A DNA stretch of 64,000 bases from Antedon mediterranea (GCF_964355755.1 NC_092670.1:17036795-17100794), one strand, 5' to 3'; shown: positions 50,532 through 63,220, counted from the stretch's first letter. Translations and numbers: made by a program. The notes: a model not told the origin generated them from the letters alone.

Positions 50532-50661
50532 TGTGTACTATCAAAATAGTTTGATAAAAAAAGTGTGATAAGTGCCTAAATATGGTAGTGATATGTCCAA
50601 ATATGGCAGTGATGATGTACATATGGGCACCACATTTAGCTTGATAGTGTAGACAGAGCTT
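50532..50661. mobile_element. MITE family 1 copy
   Basis: actatcaaaatagtttga...aaatatggtagtgatatg...ttgatagtgtagacagagctt|ta. Confidence 0.75.
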
Positions 50662-51387
50662 TACAGCCGCAAAATGATTTTTACAAGTCAGTATTAACAT
50701 GTATGTTTTTATTTTTCTGTTGACCTAAAATTCAATCGTTGGCCTAAAATGCATAAGCATATGTTTGAGTTATAAAAATAAGCCCCTTGAACTCATTAAG
50801 TTCTAATTAGAAAAAGATTTGTAAAAAAAGAAAGTGTCAACTCTGCAATTATCTTGACCACAAATGTGGTTTAATGTTTTGTGTTTGCTTTCTTAATATT
50901 TAACAGTAGTTCACTATATATTTCTATGATTCAAACAATTAAAAAACAAGTTGTTTTATGTTTATTTCAAGCCTCCTTCTAATGAATGATTATGAAAATC
51001 TATAATAATTTGGTACCTGTACTTTGTAATTTTTTAAAATTTGGATGGTATGGTCTTATATCTGCCAAAGGTTTATTTAATGAATTTTATCATTTTAGGA
51101 AATTACATGGAATTACAATAGGAAGTAGATTAAGTTATTCTCATTAAATAATTAGATACTAAACTCATGGTCACTTTTTGCCAATTGATTAAGTGTAAAA
51201 GATTTATTTTAAGAACACTAAAAAAATCTAACTATCAAAATGAGCAAATCAACTAGGCACAACCTGTAAACATTAGCTAAATATTTTAGGAAAATGTACT
51301 ACCAAATTGCTAATTTGTTGAATTTTGAGCCAAAGTGACAATTATATATTTAAAAGTTTGAATATTTTAATAAGAATATTTACCTCA

Positions 51388-52806
51388 TCAAACGTTTGAT
51401 TGTCGTGATGGAGATCTCAAATAACTATTGCTAATATTCTGTTCCAATTGCTCAAGTGATTCCATCGATGCTAAGCCAGCTTTTTCTTCACGAGGTTCAC
51501 ATGAACCATTTGATTGTTGTCTGCTATTTGGTCTATATTCCTTAACAGCTTCTTGCGTTTTAATGTCAAGTAGACGTTTGTGTTGATATCCGTGTTGATA
51601 TCCTCGCAAACTTTCCAAGTCAAGACCTTCACGTTCTTGGAAACGTTTCTCATCTAACTCCCGTGCACTGCACATGGGCATGTCTGAAACGGGATACGTC
51701 TTATTGAATTGTTTATAGTCCACTGAAAACTGTCGTTCCCATTCATCGTAGAGAGTCATAAGAGCGCTTGAAAATCTCTCACCCCATTTAATTTCTGATG
51801 GTAAGTATGAAGTACGAGCTTGGCAGAGTAAACCGGTTTGTTCAACCACTCCTTCTAAGATGATGATGATTTCAAAATCTGCATTTTTTATTTCTTCGGC
51901 TGAATAATCATAAAGTGGGCTGTCTGCATTTATTTGGTGAGTGATAATCATTGGCCAAACTAAGAGAAGGTTGTTGTCATGGTTTTTGGATTTTAAGTCT
52001 AGATCATAACAAAACAAAGGAATGCACTCTCCTTCTTGTGTGATCCTTGGTCGCATCATCTGTGCACGTATTGTGACTCCATAAAGGTGACTGCTACGAA
52101 TATCTCCTATTCTAAACATAAGACATAATTGCCCATCACGTTCTGCGATACAAGCGCATTTACTAAATTTTAAAGTTACTGCTCTTTTTTTGGGTCTGGC
52201 CAGCTTGGCAAAGATGCAACCAATCAAAATACCATCCACTAAACAACTGAACACAGACTGAATAATTACCATCAAAAACCCCATCCAACAATGCGGAGTG
52301 ACTACACGTAAACCATATCCAATTGTTGTCTGTGTTTCAAGAGAGAATAAAAAAGCCGTTCCAAAACTGTCCATATTATTAACACACGGTTCGTAATCAT
52401 CAGAATTCTCCCAGGAAAGGTAACCTATATCACCATTTTGCCACGCCATTCCATACCAAATTCCTGCAAAACCAACCCATCCAATCAAATATCCAATTGT
52501 AAATAAAAACAAAAGCCATCGCCAACGCATTTCTACAAAAGTTGTAAAAATGTCAGTTGCCATGTCCATTTTACGGCTTTTAACATTTCTATGAATGATA
52601 TTACAGTCGCCATTTTTTTCCACAAGACGCTGGAGGTTGCGACCTTTCCTCCAATTGACTTGCTTTACGATATTCATTAGAGATTTTCTTCTTCGCATTT
52701 GAGCATCAGGCGTATCAACTGGCCTGTTCTTCAGTGGGTCCTCTTCTGAAGACGATGTGTAACTCTGCACGCTACATCGATCAGAAAAGGAAGCAACCTT
52801 CTTCAT
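51388..52806 (-). CDS. Inward-rectifier K+ channel (Kir/KCNJ family), paralog B, 472 aa, single coding exon
   Basis: RLVEKNGDCNI, DIFTTFVEMRWR, FSLETQTTIGYGLR, KLARPKKR, ILEGVVE, C-terminal QSNV. Confidence 0.96.
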   Translation of the reverse strand: MKKVASFSDRCSVQSYTSSSEEDPLKNRPVDTPDAQMRRRKSLMNIVKQVNWRKGRNLQRLVEKNGDCNIIHRNVKSRKMDMATDIFTTFVEMRWRWLLFLFTIGYLIGWVGFAGIWYGMAWQNGDIGYLSWENSDDYEPCVNNMDSFGTAFLFSLETQTTIGYGLRVVTPHCWMGFLMVIIQSVFSCLVDGILIGCIFAKLARPKKRAVTLKFSKCACIAERDGQLCLMFRIGDIRSSHLYGVTIRAQMMRPRITQEGECIPLFCYDLDLKSKNHDNNLLLVWPMIITHQINADSPLYDYSAEEIKNADFEIIIILEGVVEQTGLLCQARTSYLPSEIKWGERFSSALMTLYDEWERQFSVDYKQFNKTYPVSDMPMCSARELDEKRFQEREGLDLESLRGYQHGYQHKRLLDIKTQEAVKEYRPNSRQQSNGSCEPREEKAGLASMESLEQLEQNISNSYLRSPSRQSNV

Positions 52807-55415
52807 GGTTTCCTGATTTGATTTCCTTTCCTATTCAAAGCTGATTCACTTTGAAACTTTCACCCTGGAGTCAGATCCACGACTGTTACTCATAAGGCAA
52901 ACTGCACACTACTGTTCCTATTTCCCTTTTACCTAATTAATCGTTTGTTTAGTATTTCCACCAAAACTTATCTTTAAGTCCGAAGTTCAGTCTTGTACTT
53001 AAGTTTATCAGATTAAACAATTACAATACAATTGCGATATAACAGATAGTAAAAATGTGAAGTGTAGTAAATTGAACTTGACAACTTTAAAAATAACTTT
53101 ACTCTAGTCACCTTCTAAATCAAACAGTAAATGTGCAATGTTCGGTGTATCCGTGCCTGACCAGCCCTAATAAAACACATATGAGATACGTGAGTCAGTC
53201 TGCTTATTTCCTCTGTTAAGTTTTATCATGAAGACTAAAATCTTGTTAATCTTATGATATTCTCACAATTATTTTCTAGCTCAACGAAATTTGCTTGTTG
53301 ATGATTCAACTCATCGACTATTACCCAACTTTATCCACCCTGCATCGTTGTTAAATACTGATTTCAATATGGATTTGAATTGAACCAATCAGGGTTTGAT
53401 TATTGATGTGCAAAGTGTGAAAATTATCAATTATCAGAAGAGTGTTGTACGAAATATATGACACTTGTTGATTCACACACTCCTCTAGCCTTGGAAAATC
53501 ATAAAACATTGTTTTTTTGGGTGATTCCAAAACCTGATGAAATACAATGTTTGTTGAACTGATAAACTTTATAAAATGTACATATGTACATAATTAATAT
53601 ATTGGATGCTATACCTGTAAATGTGTTCATAGCCAAAAACTTAATTTTTATGGAAAAAAAATTCCACTTTCTTTAAACATGATTGTCATTTTATCAATTA
53701 GTTCTTTAAAAAAAATTAAATTTTCAAGATAATTTAAAGGCCAATGTAAATGAACGGATACTAAATATTGAATTGTCATGCAATACAAAGTTTTATTCAA
53801 AATCAATTACGGTACTTTTTCCAGAAAATTCATAATTGTAGCGAATGCTTATGAAGCAGTATTGAATTGTCACGTAATGCATATGTTGGTGACTTTGATT
53901 TTTTGTTGTTGTAGATCACAGCATGCTATTTGATTAAAACTGTCAATAAGTCTATGATTTACCTAACAAAAAGAAAAAGAAATATACAATCAATAGAAAA
54001 TTTAAGAAGGTATTCTTGTTTTGGAATGTATCCTGTTAGCTAATCCATAACTTTTTGGAATATGTCAAAAACATTGTTATGTGAAGTGAAGTATTACGTT
54101 ACTGTTATGTAAACTATGAAGATAAAAAAGATACCTCCATGTGTAAAACATAGTTCACAACAAATTCTTATTATTTTGTTCTTATTCTTTATTTTTAAAC
54201 ATTTATTACAAAATTCCTCTGTATTTACACAAAATAAAATCATTATTGTTTACTCTTTGATTAATTACTATGATTAATGTTTACTGTTTGAAAAGTAAAA
54301 AACACTTTATATAACTAAGTCGTAACATTTAATAATGTTTACAGTAATCGTGTAGTCATGGAAGAAGAATGTGAAACTTTTTTGAATATTTTCAAGAACA
54401 CTGGAAGAATTTCTTTTCTAGTTAAATACCAAGTTAATCTGTACTTTAATATAAAAGTATAAAGCGCAATTATTTACATTCTTAATTTGTAAATTATATT
54501 AATTCCTTTCCTTTTCCACAGTATGTACTATAATATTGGTGTTTATCATTCATTTTATTTTACTGTACGTAATGTCATCCTTTTATTTTACAAAACATTA
54601 AATGTGAAATTTTTACTGCCACTGTATAAATGATCTATTTATAAAATTTGTAGAAACTATGTTTAAAATATTTGCTTTGTTTATTTACATCTATTGAGTT
54701 GTAAGTAAGTACTGTAGTTGATTTGAACAACTAAATGTTTTAACTTAATCTAATGTGAAAGCTTCTAAACTTATGCGTAATAGCAAATCTCAGAAGTGAG
54801 TCACTAATACTGTTAAATAACAAAAAGAAACTTAACTCTGTTGTAGATCACAAAATTAAACTTAATTGTTGAACTTAACTTTCCTAATCTAGACACAATA
54901 AACTAATAAAGGAAAGGTCTATTGTTGTGAGTGACATGATCTTGAGTTTGAAAAAAACAATCCCACAATATTATTAAAAACTCCCACATACTCTGTTTTT
55001 GATTGTGGAGGATGGATTCAGAATTTAAAAAAAATTACTGCCACTCAGGGACAGATCATAATCTTAATTCAACACTTAATTATTTCAGTTGAAATCATTT
55101 TTATATCCAAACTTTCACATTATAAAATTTGTTAGATTTTATCAATATAAAATGGTATATAAAAAATACATATAAAAGTACATTATAAAGGTATAAAATA
55201 TTTTTTGGCAAAAAGGATGTTTTAAAAAAAATTTAATTCTGATTTAAATATTAAAAATTAATGAGTTTTACAATTTCAAAGTTTGTTAAGTTTTCTAAAT
55301 CTTCTCTCTCAATAAAAAAAATTTCTAGTTATGATGTGTACAGCATTTGATTGTTATGAAAGTGTAACAACAATCTGATGATAACCAAATAGCTGGCTGC
55401 ATTAATAATAACCAT

Positions 55416-56549
55416 TCATCTTTGATGTTGTTCTTCAAATGCTTTATTAATTATTGTACAAACTCCATTACTTGTCATTTGATTGCTACTGTGGTCATGT
55501 TCATATGGTTTCAATGCATCTTTCATTGGTTCTCTAGTTTGCTCCATTTGATATTTTACACTGTGGGATGGTATAGACTGGTCTTCAAGTTTATCTAATA
55601 CAGAAAAGTTTACAATGCAGTGATCTTTAATGTCATCATTACGATCAATCATTAAATTGGAGAATCGTTTTCCCCATTTGATTTCAGATGGAATATACGA
55701 TGTTCGTGCCTGGCACTGTAACCCGGTCTGTTCAACCAGACCTTCTAATAACAGAATTATCTCAAATTTTGCTCTAGATAAATCTGTTTTAGAAATGTTA
55801 TAGAGTGGACTTTGCTGGTCGATGTAATGGCAGATGATCAAAGGCCATGCCAGGTAAAGGTAACGACTCAAAGCTTCAGTTTCTGATTTCAGATTCAGGT
55901 CATATGAATAAAAAGGAATATATTCTCCTTCTAATGTTGTTCGTGAACAAACAAACTTGGCTTGAATTGTCACATTGGAAAGATGTGTTGGCCTGGTGTC
56001 AGCCACAAGAAACATCAGACATAAACGGCCATCTCTTTTTGCAATACAGGCTGTATCACTGAATTTCAATGTTACTGCTCGTTTCTTTGGTCTTGCAACT
56101 TTTGTAAAAATTAAACCAAATAGAATTGCGTTGATAAAGCAGCTGAAAACCGATTGGATTACAACAACTACAGGAGCTAGCGGACAGCCATCTGAGACAA
56201 CTCTGTAGCCATAACCAATTGTAGTCTGTGTCTCTAACGAGAACAGAAATGCTGTTAGAAAACTGTCTAGATGATATACACAAGGTATATATGAATCAAG
56301 ATCAGTAAGGTTGTTTGCTGTGTAGCCTATGTCACCATTAACACTTGCCATAGTGTACCATATTACTGCAAATAACATCCAACTAACCAAGTAACAACAT
56401 GCAAAAAATAAAATTAAAATTCTCCATCTTGCCTCACACAATGTTGTGAAGATATCTTTACAAAAACTTTTTGTGTAATGTAGATTTTTGTAGACAACGT
56501 GACAATGTCCTTTTTTATCAACAAGTCGTGACAATGTTGGTTTTCCCAT
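55416..56549 (-). CDS. Inward-rectifier K+ channel (Kir/KCNJ family), paralog C, 377 aa, very short N-terminus
   Basis: RLVDKKGHCHV, DIFTTLCEARWR, FSLETQTTIGYGYR, KVARPKKR, LLEGLVE...QARTSYIPSEIKWG; uninterrupted ORF. Confidence 0.93.
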   Translation of the reverse strand: MGKPTLSRLVDKKGHCHVVYKNLHYTKSFCKDIFTTLCEARWRILILFFACCYLVSWMLFAVIWYTMASVNGDIGYTANNLTDLDSYIPCVYHLDSFLTAFLFSLETQTTIGYGYRVVSDGCPLAPVVVVIQSVFSCFINAILFGLIFTKVARPKKRAVTLKFSDTACIAKRDGRLCLMFLVADTRPTHLSNVTIQAKFVCSRTTLEGEYIPFYSYDLNLKSETEALSRYLYLAWPLIICHYIDQQSPLYNISKTDLSRAKFEIILLLEGLVEQTGLQCQARTSYIPSEIKWGKRFSNLMIDRNDDIKDHCIVNFSVLDKLEDQSIPSHSVKYQMEQTREPMKDALKPYEHDHSSNQMTSNGVCTIINKAFEEQHQR

Positions 56550-59002
56550 GATTGATTATCTAACTACTGGATAATCAATGTGATCAAGAAAGCCTGTTTG
56601 GAAGCTAAGGAAACTTAGTAGACTTGGAGTTGCAGAAGTGATTTTTATTCACTTGGCAGTTTGTTAACATCAAGTAATAGTATATTCTTATCCTCTCCTA
56701 CAGTATAGTGTATTCAATCCATTCATGAGTAAATTGTAGCTTCTCTGTACAGTAAGTACATAGTTCCAAGTCATGTTAAATCAAATAACAAATAAACCAT
56801 ATGAAAGGCAGTTTTTAATAACGATCAACAAGTCAAGGTTCCAATTATAACATACAACAAACAAATAAACTTGTTTTTTGCTACTATTCAAACTTATATC
56901 AGATATAAAGAAAGTTTCCTTTTCCTAAGGAAGTTATAAATCCATAATATTTGATATAATATAAACAGTTGACGTTTCTCTGTGTATGTCCTTTTCGAAG
57001 AGTTACTTTGCACAAAATGAAGTTGCTTATGTCACTGGTTTGAACTTAAACTCATAGAACTGATCCTATTGTTTGACATTTTTAAACACCTTTATTCTTG
57101 TCCAAGCTGTGGAAATCTGCTGCACAATAGGAAAGTAAACGCTATTTTACATTGTACGCCTGACTGAGTTTGTTTGCTCCTACTTGTTAGAGTCTTTGAT
57201 CTGCCACCCTCTGTGTCAGCTTTGCAACTGTAAACTTCATAGTATGGTGTGTTTTTGATTGGATCTCAAATTAAACTTTAAATAGTTGATTGGTTATTCC
57301 ATGGTTATTATATTGTAAAGGTTAAAACTCATGTTTGCATTTTCAATTTATGCAATTGGTTGGTTTAAACTTGCTTTTATTAGGAGTTTTCATTGTGCAA
57401 AGGTTACACTTGTTGAACTTTCATGGAAAAATATGTAGACACTCGGTTTATGCCTCCCTTAGGTATTAACAAGATTTTGAATTTAGGTAATAGGTTATTC
57501 AAATACAATTCACTACATATTTTTATTTTAATACATTGTAAAGACCTTGATTTATTTTTAAATGCAAACCTGTTGATTCGAAAAGTTTTCTAAAAGGTTA
57601 TCTCATTCATCATTTCTAGTCTCTGCCTCCTTAGTAACATTTTCTATTTAAATTACGGTACATAATTAATCTCACATAAATTGGTGAAAACTGTTTGGGT
57701 AAAGTTAATACTGTATATGGCAATGTAATTTATATAATAAATAGATACTTACCTTTGTTAGAGTTGCTTCTGTGTAACTGTAAACCACGTCAAGTGTGTT
57801 TAAAAAATATTGAATCTTTCGTGGAAGCTGTGTTAATTTTGGTAGTGTAGAAAATAGATTTGCATATTTACATAATAAAATAGATCAACAGAAAAAAAAC
57901 TAAATTGGTTGATAGGTAAATTTTAATTTTTAGCTGTTTATGTGTAAATAAATGTGTATTAATTCAAATAATGGAAAAAAAAATTGTTTGATTTGTAAAC
58001 ATTATTTGGTTATTTACTCCGGTTAGCATAGAAAACAAGTAACTTTCTGAGTATACCATGTTCACTTTTAGAGTGATTGTGCAAAATTGTTTTGCGAGTG
58101 AATCTTGTAACAATCTGATGCCGCCTTAGGCATTGTATTGTCCCTTGATATTCAAAAGTATTCAAACAATCTTACATATAGACATAGTTGGTAGCACCCG
58201 CCAATATTATTACACATGAACAAAGCCAATATTTAGCTCACTGGACTCATTAAAAACCACCTTTTATAATTTTCCACTGAATTAGATAAAAAAGGAGATG
58301 TGGTCCATGGCCAGGGACATGTGGTCATGAATAGGGACACTGTACTTTATCGGTCTAAACTTTATGCAGTTCAGTATTGTTGATGAATTGTCTGATATTA
58401 TAATTTACTTTTACATTGTACAATGAAGAACTATAAGAATTTTAATAAAAGAAAACAGTATTATACAATTCAATTGGTAAATTTTACTTTATTTTGTGCT
58501 CGCATTATACAGTACAATACTATTTGATTACTTAACTACGACACTTACTATTAAAACTTTTACAAATTAAATGTTACATTATGTACCTTGTTTTTCTCAT
58601 TATTAAAATAAGACTAAAAGCAACCAAAAAATCTTATTTAGATAAAAAATTTATCATAGTTTCCACATTTTCTGATACTAATTAGTAATAAGTAATACAA
58701 AGAATTGATTATTGACTTAAACTAACAGCAAAAGCAAAAGATAATGTTTTGTTTAAAATTGATTAAAATACATTGAGCTAAACAGCTGAACCAAAAAATA
58801 ATAATAACAACAAGTACATATTTGATTAATTAAAAACCTAAAAGCAGCATTTTGTTACATTGATATACACAGGGAGGTACAACTCCCTGATACATACACT
58901 TATTTTTCAAAGCAATAATTTGTTTCCAATGTCTTTCAGAATATCAAATTTTACTACTATGTTCATAATATAATAATTGATTTTCCACATGCCAAGAATA
59001 AA

Positions 59003-60974
59003 TTAATAATAATCTGGTGGAAGATCATATCCAGCCTGAATACATTCTTGCTCTAATGACCACTGTTTTAGCATAAGTACTCTTAATTTACGCTTGTGAA
59101 TCTGCATCTTAATATTATGCTCTTCCTGTGCCATCTTTAACATATCTTCATTTATTTCTTTGTTGAAAGATCTGTTTTCTGGTACTTCCATAATTGGTGC
59201 GGCAGATGCACTATGAGATGGATGGTTGCAGTAAACATCTGATATTGGTCTTTTTCGCTGGAAACTCATATTCTTGGCTGCTGTTTCTTCAAAGACTTCA
59301 AGGTTGGATTCGTTCAATGTATTCCTAACCCTCCAGGCATTCTGACTTCTAACTTGTTGAGGAGGAGGAGGAGGGGGTGAAGGAATATCATCACATGGCA
59401 ATTCTGGCTGTTCCTGTACAGTTTGCCGGGAGTTGCCTAGAGCTCGTTCTCGACGGGCTAAGAAGTTCCTTGAACGCCTGTGTCTCATTCCTTGGTAATA
59501 CTTTGATTGTCGTCTATCGAATGTGTTTACTGCTACTTTTGATCTCAATTTTCTCTTTTGTACAACATTTCTAGAGTCTAGCGAGGTTTGTCTTTGACTT
59601 CTTGATGTAGGCCTACTTGTGGTTATTAGTTGGTCATCAGTTAATCTATCCTCCTGAAGTGAAACAAACTCGGATTCATGATTGCCTGATCTAAATCCAG
59701 ATGCATGACCTTGACTCGGCCTAAATCCAGTTGACATCATAGTTTTGTCTTGTTCTTGTCGTATTGGAATATATCCCAAGCTTTCGCTGTGTTGCCCAGA
59801 AGACCCACGTCTTGATCTACTATCTGAAAAATTTCTTGTTGTGGAACGCATACTTCTTTCTGATTGGGACCTATTTTCTAAATATGGCCTTATGTCTTCG
59901 CTGCTACGTTGGAATGCCATTTGATCCTGGTGGTGATGTAGTTGAAACGAATCTTCCTGATTGGTTTCAATTTGACTATCATAAATATCTTCATCCATAT
60001 CATTAGTATCCTCTGGTATCTCAAGACTTCTGCGTGATTCAGATTGTAATGATTCTACCATCATAATCTTTGGCATCACATCTTTTCTGACTTGTGATGT
60101 TCTAGTTTCGGATGATTCGTCATCTACATTCCTGTACCAAAATAAAAAAAACTAATTAAGAGTTTAGGTACTTAAGTATAAGTAAGTTTTAAGTTAGGCA
60201 GGATGTAATGACAAAACAAACTTATTGATGGTACAGTTTAATCATAAACAGTTATGTACTTCCTCTGCTAACGTGAAAGACAAAATAGGCACTAAGGTAG
60301 CCTAAAGTAGTAGGCCTACTACCAGTGCAATAAATAATCACTAGTATCTATGTAATTTAAATAACTTACTCAGACAGATCTTTATTTTCTGCTTCATCTT
60401 CAATCCATTCTTTTTTAATCCTGATGACATCATTATTTTCAGCCAACTCATTAGTATTATCATCAGTTTCTACAAGTAAAAGCTCTGGCGAATTTGCAGA
60501 ATGCATTTGGTCATAAGAATTTGCTTCCGATTGCTGTGGCCATTCTCTGGTGTCATTTTGACCTTTGTACAGTGAGCCATGTGGAGTATTACCTTCTTGC
60601 TCTACCATAAACTCCCATGCCAGTTTGCTGACTATATTTGGAATCGGTTTCTTTTTTTCCAACCATTTTGGTTTTGTTAGGTGTTTTTTATTTGAAGATA
60701 AGGGTGTAGACTGTGGAGCATATATACATCGGGCTTTATCACGGATACGCTTCCAGCAAGATCTTAAATCGGTAGGATCACGAGGTGTTTTACTTGGAAA
60801 ATGACTCTCGAATGCATTTGAAATTTCACTCCATCCATTTAAAGATTTTGTAAGGTCAGTACCATATGGATCAAATTCATCGTGAAGAGATTTATGTTCC
60901 TTTATGTAGTTGACTAAAAACAGTTTTTCATCCAGTGAAAAATTTGGTTTTCTACGCATTCCATCCATTGCCAT
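59003..60974 (-). CDS. Myb/SANT-like DNA-binding domain protein (MSANTD/NAIF1-like) with C-terminal coiled coil; complement join(60370-60974, 59003-60131), 577 aa
   Basis: N-terminal RRKPNFSLDEKLFLV...W..I...F......RDPTDLRSCWKRIRDKAR; donor ga|gtaagt at 60369 and acceptor tacag|g at 60132 join in frame; low-complexity middle; EEHNIKMQIHKRKLRVLMLKQ coiled coil. Confidence 0.85.
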
Positions 60975-63001
60975 TTTTAAAATAAAAATCTCCAATTAAA
61001 GTTCTGATAAAATGCCTTCTTTACCTAAATAATTTATATTGTCCCTTCAACAAAGCAATTCAGAATATCAGTGATGGTACTCAGCTAAGGTAACTAGGCC
61101 CAATGTAACTAGAAATGTTAGGCCACTATTCTGTACAACTTATTCAACTGAGAGCTGACTAAGTACACACTTAAACTGTGTTTCCTCTGCTAGAGTAGAA
61201 TAGACAATCAAAATAGGTACTAAGGTAGCCTAGGCCTACCACAGCAATATAGCACAATAATAATAGAAAGCAAAGGTTGATTTACATTTAGTCAATCTTG
61301 ATCCTTGTAAATTGATGATAAGTAATCAATGTAGCAAATGTTTAGTACTTTTCTAGTCAGTAAATTGAATCATTTTCTATGTTGAAACTAGACAGCCTTT
61401 GTGTGTGTGAGTAGCTTTTTGTCACGCATGGATGCACAATGCCTATTACTGCCTCAACTGACCTCGCATAGGCATGACTATAATTTATACAGATTAGGCT
61501 ATGTGTATAGCCATATTCAAGTACATTGGTAAATTCAGACATCAATAGCTTCACCGCATTGATAATAATTTTACATACAGTAGCTTACTGTATTATAATA
61601 ATATTTTTATCACATCAAGCAAATGAGTTACACATCATGGCCTCATTGGCTAAATTATTAATAGGCTATATCTATATTATTAATAATAATATCTATATAA
61701 TTATTATATTTTAGCGCCTGAAAATAAATTTTTCCTTGCAATTATTTATGTTCCCCATTTACTAGGTATTTAAGGACAAAATCAAGGATTATTTTTTGGG
61801 AGTTGGGTTTGGAACAGAAAGTAGATTGATCAAATTAGGCTGGGGCCAGGTGGGGTCCCAGGGGTAGGCAGCAGGTGGGGCCCAGGGCCGAATTCCTGGA
61901 AAATTTGCGTCAATAATAAATTATGTTTGTTTGTGTAATCAGAAATAAAGGCGGGGTGGGATTAGACCTGAAATAGGATTATACCCGAGTATATACGTTA
62001 ATAGTTTAACTACCTGGCCCATGTCACGATTTATCGCACAATTTTAGCATGGAATTTGAGCTATACTGGATGCTAAGTACATCGGTAGAGTGGTCCTACC
62101 TTTGAATCAATGAAAACTAATTGCCAACAGTATCGCAAACCCCATCACGAACAGTTCCCGTTCACCCGGAACCAGTACAAATATTGCGCCCTCTCTGGCA
62201 GGCCTTTTTGTTAGTTCAAGTCCATAGTATTTTTTAGTAAAACAGGTAGCAAAAGTTCCTCATGTCTTGAAGTGTCAGCTGCACCTTCCCATTTGGTTTG
62301 TATGCAAGAGACCTTATTATATGAATTTAGAGATGTGGCTAGGTTATATCATGGAGGAATTTCCTCCATGGTTATATTAAATGTTAAACATCTCCATTTT
62401 CATGAAACCAATGTTTATTAAAATGTTAACTCATTAGAATAAATGCCATTTTATCATTTAAAAAGTACTGAATAATAATTGCAGTTGTATAAATAATATA
62501 AATAAATAAATATAAATATCTTTAAAAAAAAGTATAAAAGGGCCAGAACAAAAAGAAACATGGCAAACTTAAGTAGGTTTTTATGGCCAATATCCTGTTA
62601 TTTCATGGTTTATAGGTTTCAAACTTTTACCATCATATACAGTATATATTGTTAGGGTGTTTACCAGTTCTTTCAAGTTTATTCCAGTGCCTTAATTATT
62701 ACCATGTGAAGTTCATTGGAAAAAAAGTTGTTTTGGAATAATTTTTACATTTTGGGTGTTTTTCATGCAAAATCCTGAAATTAAATGATATGCATGGTAA
62801 AGAGGTGAGAGACTCAACAGGTGTTTATTGGTGTTATAAGATGGTGTTAAAATAATTGATCATCCACAATACTCAGGAAGTTGATTACAATACAAAAGTG
62901 ATAGAAACTCTCTGTTTACAACCGCCTAACAAAAGTTTGCACCCGTCACTTGCAACGTCATGTTGCAAAGATTATGATGTAACTCAAAGCGTGAAACTAT
63001 C

Positions 63002-63220
63002 GGCTATTTAGGGTTCCACTTGCCAGCTCAAGGCCTTTGGTAAAATGAACCAATTAATTGGTTTAATTCATCATACCTCATTTAACTATTGTTTTTTAAA
63101 TTATTGGCTATTTAGGGTTCCACTTGCCAGCTCAAGGCCGTTGGTAAAATGAACCGACAAAGCATAACAAAAGTTTAGTTTGTTTCATTTGCGTCACATC
63201 TCATTTGAATTGTTTTTTAC
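63002..63220. repeat. ~104-bp tandem duplication
   Basis: ggctatttagggttccacttgccagctcaaggcc.ttggtaaaatgaacc at 63002 and 63106. Confidence 0.85.

Noticed and set aside
60975-60995. ORF-track start of the Myb/SANT protein at 60995
   Set aside because: That codon is TTG; the first ATG is at 60974
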